The position numbers were made by a program, and so were the translations under genes. Positions 155,945 to 169,455 of a stretch of 248,000 nucleotides of DNA are shown piece after piece. The DNA comes from Rhodosorus marinus CCMP1338 (lineage: Eukaryota > Plantae > Rhodophyta). The DNA lies in assembly GCA_029953675.1 (NCBI GenBank), contig JAMWBK010000001.1:1260001-1508000 (forward strand), written 5' to 3'. Each line of letters starts with the position of its first letter. The stretch's first letter is position 1. The notes under the pieces were generated by a model that saw only the letters and a program-made list of their open reading frames with translations, was not told the origin of the DNA and ran no database searches.

Positions 155945-157280
155945 TCCCATTGCGATTGGGGGGACTGGGCCTCTGCAATCGTGTTGTGGTCCAACCTGCA
156001 GCCGCAGTAGGGGCCTGGGGAACCGCACTTCCCACTTTGAGCAGCTTGGGTATCTCGAAGTTCCGCAATTTGATGGCGAGCCTCTCGCGGGGTGTCTTGC
156101 TTCCCAGCGTACCGGAAAGCGCCCAAGACTTGTTTCTGGAGCTCCAAACCGCCCTGAATTCCTGTACTAGTCTCCCCGAAACCGTTCAACCCCGTCTTCC
156201 TGACTGGCGAGCTGTATTTGACCGCTGTCGAGGCTCCGCCCCGGGGATTCGTCCTGCGCCTGAACCTGTTCTAGGGGAGATTGACCCAGTGGTTGCCGCA
156301 GAAGAAGAAGTTCCAGTTGATCCTCCTGATGATTCCCAGCGCGCTGGGAGCCGAGCTCAAGCACGCACGGATGCGCTGCAAAATATCCTTTCTTGGGACT
156401 TGCACCGTGCTGCATATGGCCGACTCCTCGCGCAGATGGTCTCATCTTCTCGCGCTCGCGCCCGCCTACGTAGTCTTGGAGGGGTTATTAGCTCTCAGTG
156501 GCTCATGACCGTACCAGCCTTTCCGCCACTCACACTGTCGGATTTCGAAGTGCGTACTTCACTGCGCTTATACCTCGGCTTACATCAGCCCCCTTGGCCG
156601 TACGAGATGGGTTCGTCGTGCCCTCTCTGCTCTCAGACTGAAGACAACGCAGATTTTGGCGCCCACCTGCTCGCTAGTTGCCCGGCGGTGAAATGTGCTC
156701 GAACCCGCCGCCACACACGGATCTTGAACCTGTTATACCGGGAACTTCGGCCTATAGTCCGGCAAGCCGGTCTGGAAATCGAACGTGAGAAACCTTTACC
156801 CGTCGCGGACTTTCAAAATGATGAACGCCGTGTAGCCGACCTGGTGATCACCTGTGACGACAGCCGCCGTACCACATACGTTGATCTTGCTGTTCCTAAC
156901 CCTCAAGCTAGTCGTTATCTCCCGGCTGCGGGGGAGCGCCGTGGATCTGCCGCCGCCAGCATGAGACGCCGCAAAGAGATCAAATACGCGGGGGCTTTGT
157001 CTTCCCCTGGTGTTCGTGCTTCGGCACTAGCACATCGCTTTGTACCCCTGATCATTGAGTGCTTTGGGTTCATGGACTCTGTTGGTTCTCGCTGGCTTCG
157101 GGAGTTGTTCCGCGAACGCCCTGACCGTCTTCAATCGTTGTTTACCCGCTTAAGTTTCCTGCTGTGGCGCATGAATGCCGCTTTGATGTTGGAGGCGCGA
157201 GTACTTCGCCGCGCTTAGTCTTTTTTTCCCCTCGGGGTTTTATTTTTCAGCCTCCGATTAAACCATTCGTTCGTTCGTTC
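155945..157280 (+). mobile_element. Family B, 5'-truncated
   Basis: ORF 155950..157218; tail (cgtt)n. Confidence 0.92.
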
Positions 157281-158515
157281 GTTCGATAACCGCCGCTTGC
157301 TGACCGCAAGTGTATGGCTCGTCACATTTCTTCGCACCTGACGCTGTTGGTGGTTGTCCGTCTGGCAAGGCCCCTTCTTTGAAAACGCCGAGTGCTGATT
157401 CTGAGAAACGTATGCCATGAGCGCGTCAGGTGGCGACTCGCAGAGTATCCACACGGCGAAGCCTTTACGAACGACATGGATTGGATTAGTTTGGACTTGT
157501 TGTTGTAAATTGGCGTGCGCAAGCCACTAGCAACACATAAGCCCCTTCAAAAAAGAAGAATAAACAGCAGAGTCTCGCGGCTGGTTTTGAAATTCAAAAG
157601 AGACCGCGGCTGAGAAATGACCCTGGCCAATGGAAAACCCGTTTGAAGTCACATGTGCAGCCCTTTGGTGTGGTTCTACACGAACCATTCTGGCGTTAGG
157701 AGTTTGGCCTGTGTCATGATTCATCTAGGATTGCCAGTGTTTGATGATCGTGCACACGAAACTTCTTGAAAAAAACAACGAGACGAGCCCTCATCAAACG
157801 GCATCAACTCTCTTTCCATCAAGGTATTGCAAAATGCAAAGATCGGCTGATGTTGTCGAACCCTCCCCCGGGCAACGGCAGCGAAGCACATTCGACGATA
157901 AAATTCGATGCTCGTGGTTGAGGGCGGTTCTTGCCTTTTCATCTACCGTAGTCGTAGAATCGCCAGCAACAATCTTGTTGATCCCCGAGCAGATGGCTAG
158001 AACTGATGAATGCTGAAGTTGGGTTTTGGGTGGCTCTCTTTCCACCTGACGAAAACAAGGACCGTAGCGATTGTATCCCTCAGCCATTTCAACCAGCGCG
158101 TTTGCGTGTTCTGTTTTTTCGTTCGCACCATCTGCTTTCGGTGGTTTGACGAGCGCAACTATGAGCAAATCTCTTACATTCTTGTTTCCCAAGAGAAACG
158201 GCCACCTGCCTTCTGGTAAGATGTGGAGCTAGAACATAGTTGTTGATGAAGTTGACATCGAGGGTAGCCAACTTGACTCTGGTTGATTGGTGGAGTTAGC
158301 TGTTGGCGGTAGTAGTTTTACTAGTTCGCCCTCGTCGTGGCTACCGTCGTTCTCGTTCCATCCCTCATGCTTTCGAAGCAGTTGAGCAAAGCGATAAAAG
158401 GAGTCAAGTGGGAGTTTACGATATCTTCAACCGTGCGAATGATCGGCAATGTGAAAAGGAGGTGTAGGAAAATATACATGGTCCAGACGGAAGCTGACGA
158501 GGAAATTGAGAGGCA

Positions 158516-159029
158516 ATGAAGGTGCTTGCGAGGGTGTTGTTTGTTTTGCTGTCACTGGCGGCGTACTCACTCGCTTCGCCTGTGATGAAATCGCACTTTG
158601 AAGCTGTTGAGGTCGCTGAGGTCGCTCGGCCGGTTGTTCTGGGGCTAGACTGTCTTGAGAGCTGTATTGACAACTGCGACTATATGTACACAAAATACAG
158701 TTCGTCGTGGTTCGTTTGTAAGAGAACCTGTAAGAACCTGTGTGGATCGTTTACCACCAAGCCGGATCCCACTCACGGTACCGACGACGATGGCGATGAT
158801 GATTCCGAGAACTTTCTCGAGCTCGCCTAATGATAAAGTCGAGTTAGGCACTTCCGGGTATGATTGTCTGGGGAGATGCGTCAAGGGCTGCGACGAAGAA
158901 TATGCCAAATATAGTTCATCATGGTTCGTATGTAAAAAGTCATGCAAGAACGTGTGCGGGTCGCTCAGGACGCCTCCGGATCCGACGCATGGCGATGATG
159001 GGGATGGCGAAACATTGTGGTCTGGTTAG
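158516..159029 (+). pseudogene. Two-domain Cys-rich secreted protein, frameshifted to one domain
   Basis: gagctcgcctaatg versus gagctctcgcctaatg in the 176463 copy: a 2-nt deletion gives a stop at 158830. Confidence 0.8.
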
Positions 159030-159869
159030 CAGTAGTTTTGGTATGGCTTTCTAGAGCTCAGTTTATCGGGGAATGGTCAAGTTGTGGGGCTCTTCGCTCT
159101 CTGAGTAAGCTCATTGTGTCTAGATAAATCGATCCATGGCCAACGTCAAACCCGGTCTTTGCAAAATGAGCAAGCAACCGTGGTCATCCGACCACCAATG
159201 CGCCGAGGGCATCACCATATTTGGCTCGTTTCCCCGCTTCAGCATTGGCAGCGATATAGCCAGTTTGACAGACGGGGAGAGCGATCAGATGGGCGCGTAT
159301 ATGGGGACTCCCGCTTAACAAATTCATTCAACATCAAGAACACTCTGCATCCGGTACGATGATGACGAGCAACAATGTCTCGTCGGATACGGTTACCCGT
159401 AAAAAAGCTGGCTCAACCGAACCTCATGAATGAAACCACCATGAATGAGCCACCGCCATAAGTGATGCGCCAGGTCATCACAAATGAGACTATGACTCAA
159501 AGTCTAACTCCCGGCCGAAGTTGGGCGTTGGAATAAGCGTTGAATCCCATGTGGAAAGCCACCAATATTTGAGCTATCGGGAGGGGATGCCATCGGGAAT
159601 CGCAGTTGAGTTCCAATTCGAGGCTGCACGGTGTTCTGAGAAGCGGGAACAAGACGCTAATGACGCTACAACAAAAAGTAGCATTGGAACGCCAGAGTCT
159701 AAAGGACTACTCCGTGAGGGGGTTAGTCGTGTTGTGCCTGGTGTTCACAATCTCGCCCTATGGCAATACATTATGTTTCCGCAGTTGGTTCGGACAACTC
159801 CTCTGCCCTCCAGCTTCCTGCAAGAGAGATTCAATGTACGATGCTTAAATTCCGAACAATCAGCAGGAG

Positions 159870-160720
159870 CGATGAGTACATCCTACGAAGAAGACTGGAG
159901 GAGAGCCGTGGCGGAGGAGCTTAGCTCGTTAAGATCAAACAATACGAGGAGCTCATCAACAGTTGTTTGACTCGGGTAGGGCATACGGTTGAGGTGGAAT
160001 CGGAACTACCCTGATCGTTCTCGGATAGGGCACCGCCGCGCTGTATCGCAGATCTCCTTGTCTCCGATGCTGCCGCCAGACGCTCAGTTTATGTTGACCT
160101 CGCGATTACATGCCCTATGGCAAGCGCCCATCTCACGGCCGCCGTTCGCCGCCGGGGAGCAGCTGCTTCGGCCCTTCGCCGAGTGAAAGAACGACGGTAT
160201 GCTGAGAGTATGGCCAGTCTGCCTCGCGCTGAGGGTCGCTCCCGCCGGTTCCAGCCTTTCATTGTGGAAAGCTTTGGTCACGTGGAGAAGTCGGGTTTAG
160301 AGTGGTTGCGGAAATGTTTCACTGAGCATCCTGTTGAAATACTTGGAACTTTTGCGGCGTTTAAGTGTCTCTCTGTGGCGATATTCGAGCAGCATGCTTG
160401 CCGAGGCGCGCCATCGGCGCCTGGTTTTGCACGCTTCCCTACCTAGTTCTTAGTTCCTTTTCACGGTTTGCGTAGCGTTTCAGGCTATGTAGTAAAGCCC
160501 ATCAACAGTTCAGAAGTATCGATTGGGAAGAAAATTTTGCAGTCAAGCACCGTGCTGCAAGGGAAGCGAGCTCTAGACGGCTTTTTTCAACGCTTCAAAG
160601 TGAGAATAGTTGCGAAGGGTTTCACGCAACGAGGAGGTATCGATTACGAGGAACTTTCTCCCCATGGTCGATTCCTGTGGCTGCTGCATGTATAGCTCCT
160701 TTTTCAGAACTCCATTTAGA
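159870..160720 (+). pseudogene. Copia RT N-terminal remnant (also 177830-178120), with an A-like fragment inserted
   Basis: W..A..EEL.SL..N.TW..; RFKVRIVAKGFTQRGGIDYEE. Confidence 0.75.
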
Positions 160721-160735
160721 CAAGCAATCTTAACA

Positions 160736-163700
160736 CGGGAGGCTATGCTAGTAAGGAGTTGTTGTCGAGGATTGGGGTTTTGTTTCTTTTTCGGTCGCGA
160801 GCGTGTTCGTTTACGGGAAGCGCTTCCTCTGGTACGCCTTCCCCTCGATTTTCCGCGGGGCGTCGTTTGCATTTGCAACCACTTCTGTCTTCCGGGTGGG
160901 TGTGTTGCGGGGCCTTTCCTATTTGGGTTGGGTTTGGTCGATTATTCTCTCGGTGCGGTTTCATATTGGTGGTGCAACGTTTCCTTTGCGGATTCCCTCA
161001 GGATGGTAGGGATATCTCGGCGCTCGACGGAGCCTCCTCCCAAGGAGGCACTGCCAGGTGGGGGACTCCGTGTTCGCCTCAGCTGCGGCACGTTTTCTTC
161101 CGAGGCTGACTTGGAAGGCGCTTCTGGCACCCAGGCGCGTGCACTTATCTCCGCTGTCACCAGCCTGATCACGGCTGCGAGTGATCGTGGAGTGCTCCCT
161201 CAGCTCACCAAGAAGCTAGGTGGGCTGGAATCGGGATTGCTGGCCAGGTCAAATTCAAATTCGGACGAGAATTTGAATTGCCCCAGAGTGGCAGGATTGG
161301 CTGAAGGCAGTCAACATCAGGTCAATCAACATGAACCTGTCCCGGGACAGGCGAGGGCTGTTGCTTCTGCGCGGGACAGTACGACGTTGGGGAGCGGCAG
161401 GCCGGGCCAAAACGCGCTTCAGCGCTCGGGGACTCGAGGCAATGGTGGTGGTGACTGTGCGGCAACCGGTGTGGAGGAGACTGCAGCTGTGGACTTCCCT
161501 CTCTTGGACCAGCCCTCAGGTGGTCACCAGCTCCCGGCTACTTCGGGGGCACGTGGTGGCCGCAAGGGGGGTGCTTCGTACGCATCAGTCTTGCGGAAGG
161601 GCACCACTGCCACACGTACGGCGGCTATGCTCCGTTTCATACCATCTCGCGAGCCTCAGGATGGACCTGTGGAGACCACTCTCCAATTTCTGTGGGTGCG
161701 AAATGTCCGGCCCCAGACTACACGAGGACAGGTTCCGTCTATGCGAGACTTCCGGGACACTTTTGCGGAATCGTTAGGGTGCAGCCGGGGTGATTTCTTC
161801 TTCGCAAACTATGAGGGCCGCGATGTGCTGTTTTTGGTCTCCGCAACCGCCGCCAAGTACCTGGAGGCCTTGCTGGCGAAGCCTACCGAGCAGTGGCCTG
161901 AGACCGCCCGGTGGCTGCGCTGCAACCCGCAGGTGGTTTTGCACTTCGATTTTGACCGTTTCTCGGGCAATTTCCTGTCTCCGGGAGAAACGGCAGGGCT
162001 CTCTGAGCATGAGAGCAGCGTGAAGGCGGCAGCGATCCATTGGCTACGGATTCAGCGCCTTGAGAGGATCTTGTTGGAGCGGTTCCGGTCGGGCCCTCGT
162101 CACCTGCGCATGGCGGTTTCCAGTTTCTTCGATCTGGAGAGGCGACTTGTGCTGACTTCGCGCTACAAGACAGAGCTGCAGCGGGTGGGTATTTTGGAGG
162201 GCTCTGCTTCCAGCACTACTTCCAGCGAGAGTGGTGAGGAAGGGGAGCAGACTGAGGGCATGGCGGTGGAGGACGCCCAGGTTACTTTGCTGAAGCCCGC
162301 GGGATCCGTTCCGCGAGCCTCGCGGAGTGGGCGGCTCACGACTTTGGTGCGGATAGGAGGTAAGAGAGCGAGGACCGACTCCCCCGGGTCTAAGGAGGAG
162401 AAGCACGATTAGCGCTCCAGGCACGGCTGCGAGGTCGCAGCCTATGGATCTACAGTCTTATGTCCTGAAGGAGGGCGGAGACTGGGGCATTTGGCGTACG
162501 CGTTTTCGGAGTTGGCTCCGGCGGTGGATTTCTTTGGAAGGAGGCTCGCTTCCCCTCCGTGGGGGCATTCCCCCTGTCGTCCTTCCTCGTGGAGACCTTC
162601 TAGTAGCTGGAACCATTCTCGATTTCATCTTCACGAGCCTGGCTCGCAACATTCGGGACACAGTCATTTGGGTTTTTCTGGGGGTCATGCCGCGCCTGAT
162701 TCTGGCCCCCATTCACACATCGGAGCGCAGATGGCGAGTACGAGACCGACTGGCCCTGTTCTTGAAGGGAGACCTCGAAGTACTACAGCGCAGCTATTTG
162801 GCGTCGTCAGCACCATCCGCCCGTCGGACTCGGCATGGCACAGTGTCGCCCGTGCCGGTTCGAGTACAGAAATTGGTAGCAGTGGGCGATTTAAGTCGAG
162901 CGGCGCGGGTTTTGGAGGGCCAGGCGCCTGTCCTCCCCTACGATGATAGTCTCGCCCAGACGGTGTGGTCTTTGTTCCCTGAGTCCGACGTGGACTTGTC
163001 CCCTGAATTCGAGGTGTTCTTGGACCGTCCGGAGTTGGCCAGGTTTCGCATCGATCTGACGCTCAGTGAGTCTGACCTGGAGGATTTGCTTCGTACCTCG
163101 CGTCGGGGACGCTGTCCCGGACCCTCCGGACTAAGAACAGAGCTATTCCAGGCCCTGAGCCAGCCTGGCAAGAGCGCGCTTCTGAGGATCCTTAACAAGT
163201 TGTTCCAGGGCGTATCGGGTGCGTCTGCGCCATGGGAACATCTCCGGCAGGCACAGCTTTGCTTGCTCACGAAACCTGACCACCAGCCGGCCCACCCGCG
163301 TCTCCGGCCGATCGGGATGGTGGAGAGCCTACGGAAGTTAGCCGGGAGGTGGCTATGCCAGCGCCTTCGTCAGCGCGTCACAACTTTTATGGCGCCTTTG
163401 CAAGTAGGGGTGGGATTCTCTGGGGGTTGTGAACTGATCACCCATGGGATCGAGCTAGAACGCGCCAGTAGGCCGGAGTGGGGAGTCTTGGTGGTTGATT
163501 TCCGGAACGCATTCAACAGCGTGTCGCGGACGCATGCGCTAGAGGTGCTCCGACGGGTGTTTCCGGAGGCGTGGCCGTTTCTATCGGGTATTTACGGAGG
163601 GGAGAGCCTCCCCTACTTGACACCGGAGGGCACTATTTTTCAAGCACATACTGGCGTCCAACAAGGCAACCCTTGCGGACCTCTTCTTCATGCCTGTGCC

Positions 163701-165562
163701 CTACAGCTCGTACTTTTACGTCTTTCGACTGAGGTCTCGGATCTTCGAATCTGCGCGTACCACGATGACGTAACATTGCTGGGCACCCTTGACACCCTGG
163801 CTAGGGGACTGACCGCGATCGAAGCGATTGCACGTCGCGTCGGTTTGACTGTGGAAACAGAAAAATGTCGCTTTCTCCCCCCGAGGGACGTGTCGCTGAA
163901 CTCTCTGCCACCCACTCTGCGACTAATCAGCGAACGTGAAGGGTTCGAACACCACGGCGTCGGATTGGGGACTGACAACTTTGTCCAAGCATCCTGCGAG
164001 CGAGTTTTGGCACGGCACAAGCAACTCACCGACGCCATTGAGCACCTACCCGACAGCATGCTGCAATCGGCCTGCTTGCTTTCCCGCTTTTGTGCCGGTC
164101 CCAGACTCAACTACTGGTTGCGCAGCCTGCCTCCAGCTTGGGGCTCGTGGATCGCGGCTAAAGCCGACGAAATGACCCTGCAACACTGGGGAACGCTCTT
164201 GGATGAGCCCATCGATCTTGAAGCTGCTCCCGACAGGGACTTTATCCGTGCACAGATCGCTCTACCGTTGCGATTAGGGATTCGGCGTCGCAGACCGTGG
164301 GCTGGTATGCTCGCCAGCGGCGGTTGCCTCCTGGGCTACCGCGCTGCGAACGTTGGTGACCTTCCAGATGCGAAGTGCCTGCCTCTTGGCTCGAGCTTTG
164401 ACCAACGAGGATCCAGTGACCCTGCCGCCCCCGCTTTTGACAATTTATGATGGTCTTCAACACGCGTTCAGGAGGTGCAACGCCGTGCCGGACGCAAATC
164501 GGTCCCGCTTTCGTTCCTGGAGGGAGCTGTTATGGGGACGAGCTGAAGCGATTGAGGATTGTCCCCTCGACCGAGTTCTTGCCGATGACGGAGAGGCTAG
164601 CCCCGGGTCCCCTGTTGCAGACTACCCGGGTTTGAGCCGATTGTGGAGCTCCCGCACTGATGTGATTCAACATAGCCTCACCTGGGGCCAACACAGTGCC
164701 GCTCACACAGTCATGCTCAATTCTCCTCTCACGCCGCCTACCACTGCCGCTCGTCTCCGCGGCATGGGAGGCCACCTCTCGCACTTGTGGTTAACCATTC
164801 TACCGTCGTCATTGAGTCATCGTCTCGATGCTTTCCAGTTCCGTTCTGCCGCACGGATCTATCTCGGTTTGCCACAGGCTCCGTGGCACTCTAATCGGCC
164901 GTCTTTCTCTCAGGGATGTGAGAGCCGGATTGACGCTTGTGGCTACCACTTCCTGGGTTCCTGCGGACTGTTGCGAGGTCTCCGTACGAGGCGTCACACT
165001 CGCCTCAAGTACATCCTCAGCGAACTTTTGACTCGGATAGGGCATACGGTTGAGGTTGAGTCGGAACTGCCCAGATCAATCTCGGACTCTGCACCGCCCC
165101 GTTGTATAGCCGATCTCCTCGTCTCTGACGCTGCTGCCAGACGCTCAACATATGTGGACCTTGCGATTACCTGCCCCGTGGCCAGCGCCCACCTCACCGC
165201 AGCCGCCCGCCGCCGGGGGGCCGCGGCTTCAGCCATTCGAAGAGTTAAGGAACGACGGTATGCTGAGAGCATGGCCAGTCTGCCTTGCGCTGAGGGTCGC
165301 TCTCACCGGTTCCAGCCATTCATTGTGGAAAGCTTTGGTCACGTGGATAAGTCGGGTTTAGAGTGGTTGCGGAAATGTTTTGCTGAGCATCCTACTGAAT
165401 ATTTGGCGCTCTTGAGGCGTTTAAGTGTCTCCCTTTGGCGATATTCCAGCGACATGCTTTCCGAGGCGCGCCATCGGCGCCTGGGGTTGCATACTTCCCT
165501 CCCTAGTTATTAGTTCATCTTCACGCCTTGCGTAGCGCTTCAGGCTATGCTAGTAAAGTCCA
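160736..165562 (+). mobile_element. Family A, full length, TSD TCTTAACA, one frameshift in ORF2 (~164278)
   Basis: TSD 160728-160735 and 165563-165570; empty site at ~178131; ORF1 160610..162412; ORF2 162444..165513. Confidence 0.95.
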
Positions 165563-166250
165563 TCTTAACATTAGCCTGCTCGATATTTCCGGATCATCCT
165601 GAGGGCTAACGTTGTAAAAGGGCCATAGGGGCACGTTAGCCCTAGGGATGATCCGGCAAGTCCTATGTAGGTTTCGATGAATGGTTTCGATAGGGAGGGC
165701 GATAATAAAAATCATTCGAGGGGTAAAAAAATTCATTCCAGGGGTACCCTCGATGCTGTGCATGAATGCCGCTTTGACGTTGGAGGCGCGAGTTCTTCGC
165801 CGCACTTAGTCTTTTTTTCCCCTCGGGGGTGTTTCTTTCAGCCTCGGATTAAACCATTCGTTCGATGCTGAAGCATTTCGACAGGGGCCATAGGGCGAAG
165901 TTTAGTGGTTTTTAATTGCCCTATGCAGTAGATTTATTAATTCATGCCTATGGATCCGTAGCGTACGAACGCTGCTTTGATGTTGTGGAGGCGCGCGATC
166001 TTCGCGGCGCATAGTCTTTTTTTTCCCTCGGGGTTTTTTCTTTAGTCTCCGATTAAACAAATTCAGTCATGGTAGTGCAACTAGACCAGGTCGGATCCCA
166101 GACCCAACAAAAAAAGCCCTGTGGCTCCACAGATATCTCCGTGAACAACCAGAGGTATATTGTAGCTGGCGCAAGGCAGGCTGCTGAGTACGCGGGTCCA
166201 CTTGTCCGCTAAAAACATAGTATGCTGTATCGGAGCTGAGGTAAAAGCTT

Positions 166251-167252
166251 TTAGTACAAAATCCCGCCGAGCATACCCTGGTAGACACCAGAAGCTGTTC
166301 GTATTATCAGAGGGCATCCTCCGGGGGTGTTGATACTGTACTGGGTGACTCCTTCCCCGCTAGAGAATAGGCGATTGTTGAAGAGAATAAGCCCAACCGT
166401 TCCTCCCACGTCCGATTCGCACTTCACCTCCAACTGCGCGTCAGCGATGTCGTAGGCAGTTACGCTGTCGCATCCAACATATAAAATCTTTAGATCTTCG
166501 GAAAGCACTAAACTTTCCACACAGGGAGATTTGACCTCGGCAACCACCTCAAGCGTATCCGGGTTCCACCGTCGTATGGTCTTAGTCAAGAGGCTTGGGA
166601 GGAACGGGTTAACTGCGTAGAGATCGGATTGTCCCCTGATCTCAAAATGAGCAATGTAGATCGTTCTGACTTCGTTCACCTTCGTGTAGTTCTGGGAAAC
166701 GTCGTACTGCATGACAATTCCTTCGCTCTTGAGCTCAGGAATATTGTACCCCACGTATAAATACTTGGCCGTGAGCGCAGCATCCACGGGCTCTAGTTGG
166801 AAGTTTCCGTACATCTCAGGTTTGATCTCAACCTCGGTCTGGAGGGTTATTGGCTCCATGATCTTGACGGATTTGCCCACTGGAGAGATCAAAAGCATTT
166901 TCTCTATGAGATCATCGCTCGAACCTCGGATGAAGATCGGTCCTTGTGACGTGAGGAGATTATCTCTCGTCTCAAGTAATTTCCCGTCCTCATCGATATG
167001 CCATCGACGAACGAAGCCGGCATCATCTGTTTTCTCCCACGTATACATGTATGAGCGGTACCGCATTACGGTCTTGTATCCTTCGCCACCTTCTTGAGGT
167101 TTAAGCATCTGCATCGCCCTGCTACCATTTCTGAGGCTGTGTGCAGCGTACAGCTCAATATTTCCCAGCTCATCAACAACCGCGACGTTGGTCTTACAAT
167201 GAGCCAGTGATCCTATCAAGCTGATGAGCACGAAAGCAAACACTACTTTCAT
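166251..167252 (-). CDS. Secreted 333-aa probable beta-propeller protein (copy 1)
   Basis: Signal peptide; WD40-like blades (LYVGY, IRRWNP, LYVGCDSVTAYD, LFSSG); intronless. Confidence 0.78.
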   Translation of the reverse strand: MKVVFAFVLISLIGSLAHCKTNVAVVDELGNIELYAAHSLRNGSRAMQMLKPQEGGEGYKTVMRYRSYMYTWEKTDDAGFVRRWHIDEDGKLLETRDNLLTSQGPIFIRGSSDDLIEKMLLISPVGKSVKIMEPITLQTEVEIKPEMYGNFQLEPVDAALTAKYLYVGYNIPELKSEGIVMQYDVSQNYTKVNEVRTIYIAHFEIRGQSDLYAVNPFLPSLLTKTIRRWNPDTLEVVAEVKSPCVESLVLSEDLKILYVGCDSVTAYDIADAQLEVKCESDVGGTVGLILFNNRLFSSGEGVTQYSINTPGGCPLIIRTASGVYQGMLGGILY

Positions 167253-169335
167253 CTTCCAGCGCGCTTTTCTGTCTTCTCAGAAAGAGGTGTAAAAACCAAC
167301 CACGTCTGTTTTCGATCGGCGAAACCTAACTGAAATTTCAGCAGCAGACTACTACGAACGAATAGACTACTAGGAGCAATGCTAGGAATAGCTTGTTATC
167401 AGCTTCACACAGAAGAAACAGCGTGAACTTTCTTTTAAGCGTCTGCTTGGTTTGGCAGCCTCTCCAACAGATTCCTCTTATTCCCTCAACAAGTCGTTGC
167501 ACTAATTCTGTTCCAGTTGTTCCAGTTGCACCTTCCCCCTCTCGTGCCAAATGATGTTTCACAATCCCCACACTAAATTTATATACACTCTAGCAGTACC
167601 CCAGGTCCAAGCTCGCAAACGTCGACGTGGAGGTCTTTACCACTTTAGTTGGTTTTGTCTCTTTACGGCGTCTAGCCAAATCTCCAGATGGTTGGAACCA
167701 ATCAAAAGAGCTTTTTGGCGCATGCTAAAATTAGAACTTGACTTTAGATTTCGAACGGAAAGAGAATCTTCGCATATGATCGCCCAGTCTAGTTGTGTAC
167801 ATCTGAGGGGTCCAAAATTTTCTCCTCGCTGGGTAGAATATAATGGTGTTGTCATGTACCGTCCGATAAGGTTTATCGGACAGTACGGATATTTTTTGAA
167901 GTGGAAAGACTATTGAAACACAGCATAAGACGAATGGGTGTCCAAATAAAATTATTCGAAAACTAGGTCCGATTGCCCGTCCGATAAACAGGACCGATAA
168001 ATCGTCCGAAGTTCAATCAACGTTAGTCTAATAATCAATCATCTCCAGTCCAGGTATTGAATCATGATTACTTCTTGGAATGGCTCGTATATCATGAATC
168101 ATCATTACTTCTCCTCATGACCAGCTGACACTATCATGTAATGAATCATGATTATTTCTGGACTCGACAGGCTGGCAAACGTTGGTTGAAGATTGCGGTT
168201 AAGGTGGCAAGGACTTGGAGTAGAACAAGCGAGTCCCGAAGGGAGTTGTCTCGTGTCCTCTGGTAGCGTGAGTACTTTGGGGATCGACCATATGGTTGGT
168301 CGCGTTTCAGTGTCTTTTTGGGTTAACCCAGTGGTGGAGTTCAACCGCCGTTATTCTCGAGGCGAATTCTGTGTGCCGTTCGTATTCCTTAGCCCCCGGG
168401 GGACTTAATTCTCGGAGCAAGCCGAGTGGACTTTTTCTTCGAGCCACATAGCCAGGAGCTTCAATAGTTTGGTAACCATGAGTTCTGCCCGCATCGCAGA
168501 CATTGGCATTTTGTCGCCCGCTCTCGTCTATGAAATCGCTGAAACCCTCCCAGACCACACTCTTCTTCTTCCCCTTCCCTATTCTGCACTACTAGGAATT
168601 TCAACTACAGTTCCCGAACGAAGACTTTCCTTGCTGCCCTAGTGCTCGTAAAACCATCCTAGTGGACCTCGGAAAATATTGGGACCCTTACGTCCTCGGA
168701 ATTTGCTAGCCTTTGTAAGTGGATTATCAACGGTAAGTCCTTGGAATCTCGTAACTCTTGTATGTGGATTGGTACCGTTGGAAATGCAGACAGCAAATGA
168801 TCACATTGTTTATTCATCAACGGAAAAACCACCTGAGAGCAAGAAACCTAGCAAAACCCACCTGTACGATCCCACCGAAAAAGGTAGTAAGTCCTCGTAT
168901 ATTGATGAAAATCAAACCTTAGTCAAAACACAAACTCTGAAAAAGAAGAAATCCGAGCTAAGGGTAGGCGGGAGGGGCGGATCTCCATAAAGAGGAGCAG
169001 CAATGCAGCCCCAAATAACAAACCCTGAGCTCCTCCAGCAGCTTCAGTAGCCCCGCTGGCACAAGATGATTTCCTTCATCCACACAGCAATGGAACTAAA
169101 TCGATATCCTAAACATGCGAGGAGCAAAGAAGAGGCCATCAGCCCAGGTGGAGTCGGCAGGCACTGAAACCCTTGGATACTCCGCAGGACTTAATCCCTC
169201 GGTTCAAGTTCCTTTGCACTAGCTCATGCTCTCACACCCTATCACCAGATAGTTGGCCACCGCCTTATCTCCTCTTTCTACCACTTGCCCTGTTCCTTCC
169301 GCGACGGCTACTCTGACTTTCGAATATATTCTGAG

Positions 169336-169455
169336 TAGGGTTGTACCAAGTGAGTCGGGTTTTCCGCTGTGAACCCCTCTAAACCCCTTGTTTTCGCCGG
169401 CTTTTGAACATTTCTGGGTCGTAACCGAAAACCCGGCCCCCTTGGCACAACCCTA
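169336..169455. mobile_element. hAT-like MITE with 7-8-bp TSD
   Basis: tagggttgtaccaagtg...cttggcacaacccta flanked by (a)ttctgag; absent at the matching position of the duplicate segment. Confidence 0.8.
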
